In this document: piece by piece, positions 59,752-64,000 of the stretch
How positions within the stretch are numbered: position 1 is the stretch's first letter
Layout of the letters: every line of letters starts with the position of its first letter
Source of the DNA: Eledone cirrhosa
Lineage: Eukaryota
Assembly: GCA_964016885.1 (NCBI GenBank)
Contig: OZ024742.1
Location: 178,932,001 to 178,996,000, forward strand
Length of the DNA: 64,000 nucleotides
Direction: 5' to 3'
Notes under the pieces: generated by a model
What the model was told of the DNA's origin: nothing
Seen by the model: the letters and a program-made list of their open reading frames with translations, nothing else
Database searches by the model: none
Made by a program: the position numbers and the translations under genes

Positions 59752-60023
59752 CTAGGCTCCAATGAATGTCTTGTCCTCCAATAGTCTCACTGAATAATTA
59801 GTATTGATCAAATAGAGAACCCTACCTACAACATCCCTCTATATTGATCTCATAGACACCACGGCACCACAACCTTCTGAATACTTTGGTGGGATATGAC
59901 CTCGGAGAGTAAAACAACGAAGGACTCTTGACAGCTCGAACCAGCTTTTCGTTTAGGACTCTCCCCATCAGTATTACTCTGTCACTGATTGGATTCATTG
60001 ATCATATCGATTATATTGAACTG

Positions 60024-60110
<87 letters not shown>

Positions 60111-60133
60111 TATGTATATATATATATATGTGT

Positions 60134-60337
<204 letters not shown>

Positions 60338-60346
60338 ATATATATA

Positions 60347-60406
<60 letters not shown>

Positions 60407-60443
60407 TACATATATGTATGTATATATATTATATACATGTATG

Positions 60444-60476
<33 letters not shown>

Positions 60477-60481
60477 ATAAA

Positions 60482-60555
<74 letters not shown>

Positions 60556-60566
60556 ATATATATATA

Positions 60567-60610
<44 letters not shown>

Positions 60611-60868
60611 GTGTGTGTATGATTGTGTAAAGAAGATTATATTAATAAAAGGAATTCCAACTTTGTCTGATTTACTCGTTTTATTTACAATCCTTTAAAA
60701 TTTATAATGGTAATAGAATGAAATAGTATGATAGAATATTAAATGTTAAGTGTTAATTGAACAAGTACTTTCATGCTTTCGCAATCTTCAGGTTCATAAT
60801 GTGTGGTGACAGTCAAGTTTGCAATTTTCAACAGTATAAAATTGCAAACTTGACTGTCACCACAGAAT

Positions 60869-60909
60869 TTGAACCTGAAGATTGCGAAAGCATGAAAGTA
60901 CTTGTTCAA
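60869..60909 (+). ncRNA. Minimal type I hammerhead ribozyme in a fold-back insert ~60725-60941 (mirror on the minus strand at 60757-60796)
   Basis: TTGAAC-CTGAAGA-tTGC gaaa GCAt-GAA-AGTACT-T^-GTTCAA. Confidence 0.88.
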
Positions 60910-60954
60910 TTAACACCTAACATTTAATATTCTACCATACTGTAATTCCCATTA

Positions 60955-61041
<87 letters not shown>

Positions 61042-61139
61042 AAATAGTAGAAAGGAAAAAGCTTTTTTCCAAACCTTTTTCCTTTCTACTATTTGTTTAT
61101 ATATATATCAACGCGTGTCACCTTCGATATATAAATATA

Positions 61140-61299
<160 letters not shown>

Positions 61300-61324
61300 A
61301 ATATATAAGTGGAATGCACGCCAC

Positions 61325-61543
<219 letters not shown>

Positions 61544-61859
61544 ATATAAAATATATATTCGAAACACATTATCGTCAATGACTCTACCATCAGTACTACT
61601 CTCTCACTGATTACATCCATTGATTACATCGATTATCTTGAACTATAGGTACATATTGATAGCTTTTTTTTGTTTTGAATTTTGTAACAATATTTGTTGT
61701 TGTTATTGGTGCTGTAGTTGTTGTCAATGTTGTTCTTATTAGCATTGTAGTAGTCAATTGTTGTTGTTGTTGTAATTGGCGTTATAGTTGTTTTTAATGT
61801 TGCAGTTCTTATAGTTATTGTTATTGGTGTTTTATTTGCTGTCTTAGTTGTTGTTATTG

Positions 61860-63200
61860 TTGTTGTAGTTGTTGTATTGTTGTTGTTGTTATTGGTGTTG
61901 TAGTTGTAGTTGTTGTATCGTTGTTGTTGTTATTGGTGTTGTAGTTGTAGTTGTTGTATCGTTGTTGTTGTTATTGGTGTTGTAGTTGTAGTTGTTGTAT
62001 CGTTGTTGTTGTTATTGGTGTTGTAGTTGTAGTTGTTGTATCGTTGTTGTTGTTATTGGTGTTGTAGTTGTAGTTGTTGTATCGTTGTTATTGTTATTGG
62101 TGTTGTAGTTGTAGTTGTTGTACTGTTGTTGTAGTTGTTGTATTGTTGTTGTAGTTGTTGGTGTTGTAGTTGTAGTTGTTGTATTGTTGTTGTTGTTATT
62201 TGTGTTGTAGTTGTAGTTGTTGTATTGTTGTTGTTGTTGTTGGTGTTAGAGTTGTAGTTGTTGTATTGTTGTTGTTGCTATTGGTGTTGTAGTTGTAGTT
62301 GTATTGTTATTGTAGTTATTGTTGTTGTAGTTGTAGTTGTAAAGATGCTGTTGTTATTGTTGTTGTAGTTGTAAAGTTGTTGTCGTTGTAAAGATGCTGT
62401 TGTTGTTGTAGTTGTAGTTGTAGTTGTAAAGTTGCGGTTGTTATTGTTGTTGTAGTTGTAGTTGTAGTTGTAAAGATGCTGTTGTTATTGTTGTTGTTGT
62501 TGTTGTTGTAGTTATAAAGTTGTTGAAGTTATTGTTGTAGTTGTAGTTGTAGTTATAAAGTTGTTGAAGTTATTGTTGTAGTTGTAGTTGTAAAGATGCT
62601 GTTGTTGTTGTTGTTGTAGTTGTAAAGATGCTGTTGTTATTGTAGTTGTTGTTGTAGTTGTAGTTGTAAAGATGCTGTTGTTATTGTAGTTGTTGTTGTA
62701 GTTGTAGTTGTAAAGATGCTGTTGTTATTGTAGTTGTTGTTGTAGTTGTAGTTGTAAAGATGCTGTTGTTATTGTAGTTGTTGTTGTAGTTGTAGTTGTA
62801 AAGATGCTGTTGTTATTGTAGTTGTTGTTGTAGTTGTAGTTGTAAAGATGCTGTTGTTATTGTAGTTGTTGTTGTAGTTGTAGTTGTAAAGATGCTGTTG
62901 TTATTGTTGTTGTTGTTGTAGTTGTAGTTGTAAAGATGCTGTTGTTATTGTTGTTGTTGTTGTTGTAGTTGTAAAGATGCTGTTGTTATTGTTGTTGTTG
63001 TTGTAGTTGTAAAGATGCTGTTGTTATTGTTGTTGTTGTTGTAGTTGTAGTTGTAAAGATGCTGTTGTTATTGTTGTTGTAGTTGTAGTTGTAGTTGTAA
63101 AGATGCTGTTGTTATTGTTGTTGTTGTTGTAGTTGTAAATATGCTGTTGTTATTGTTGTTGTAGTTGTAGTTGTAGTTGTAGTTGTTGTAGTTGTTGTTA
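61860..63200. repeat. (GTT/GTA)-derived minisatellite: 41-bp units (~61870-62100) changing to 44-bp units with AAAGATGCT (~62630-62890)
   Basis: gtatc at 61915/61956 (41 bp apart); aaagatg at 62668/62712 (44 bp apart). Confidence 0.92.
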
Positions 63201-63335
63201 TTGGTGTTATAATTGTTATTATTGTTGTAGTAGTTATATCTGCTGTAGCTGTCGTTGCTGTTGATATTAGCATTGTAGTAGTAGTTTTTGTTGTTGTTGT
63301 TGTAATTAGCGTTGTACTTGTTTTTGTTTTTGTAT

Positions 63336-63382
<47 letters not shown>

Positions 63383-63504
63383 ATAGTTGTTGTTGTAAAG
63401 ACTAACCTGTTAAGCTGTCACATCACCGAGGTAGGCATTCGCTATGACAAGAGATATTCAGGTGTGTTGCCGTGGTGTTCTTACTACTGCTTCCAACCGT
63501 ATTG

Positions 63505-63537
<33 letters not shown>

Positions 63538-63556
63538 ACGTTGTTGTTGTTGTTGG

Positions 63557-63587
<31 letters not shown>

Positions 63588-63644
63588 GCTGCTGCTGCTG
63601 CTTTTGACAATAGCACTACCATCACTACCACCACAAACCTCATA

Positions 63645-63716
<72 letters not shown>

Positions 63717-63748
63717 GCTGCTGCTGCTACTATTACTAGTAGATATAT

Positions 63749-63793
<45 letters not shown>

Positions 63794-63822
63794 GTAGTAG
63801 TAGTAGTAGTAGTAGTAGTAGG
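63336..63822. repeat. (TAG)n, (GCT)n, (GTT)n and (CTA)n microsatellites
   Basis: Direct reading. Confidence 0.92.
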
Positions 63823-63949
63823 TATATCTATGTATCTATAACTGATGTAGAAAGTAATTATATTGTGGTTTATATATATGAGTATGTATATATATATATA
63901 TATTTCATGTATATATACACACACACAATATATATATATATATATATAT

Positions 63950-63998
<49 letters not shown>

Positions 63999-64000
63999 CA

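Overview
AT-rich, microsatellite-saturated animal genomic DNA; the tRNA-derived SINEs and repeat landscape suggest an octopus or other coleoid cephalopod (inference). There is one credible host gene: a minus-strand first coding exon (~4731/3618 to 3270) with long poly-G/S/Q/H/N/A tracts, an eh1 motif (FTIDNILAPRP, goosecoid-like) and a GTAAGT donor. Its homeobox exons would lie left of the window. The remaining ~58 kb upstream is a gene desert holding a 5.3-kb 18-bp minisatellite, many SINEs, decayed R4/Dong-like, RTE and mariner fragments and a non-autonomous Helitron. The main observation is that, from ~14.8 to ~61 kb, the (TA)n arrays are filled with more than ten unrelated families of short (100-750 bp) non-coding inserts, most with fold-back (inverted-repeat) structure. 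About 20 of these carry a complete minimal type I hammerhead ribozyme core (stem I-CTGAnGA-stem II-GAAA-short, usually palindromic, stem III-UH-stem I), often on both strands. They are best explained as termini of Penelope-like retroelements or retrozyme-like derivatives targeting (TA)n. All ribozyme folds were assigned by eye, with no search or folding program run. Nearly all ORFs in the supplied track are repeat artefacts.
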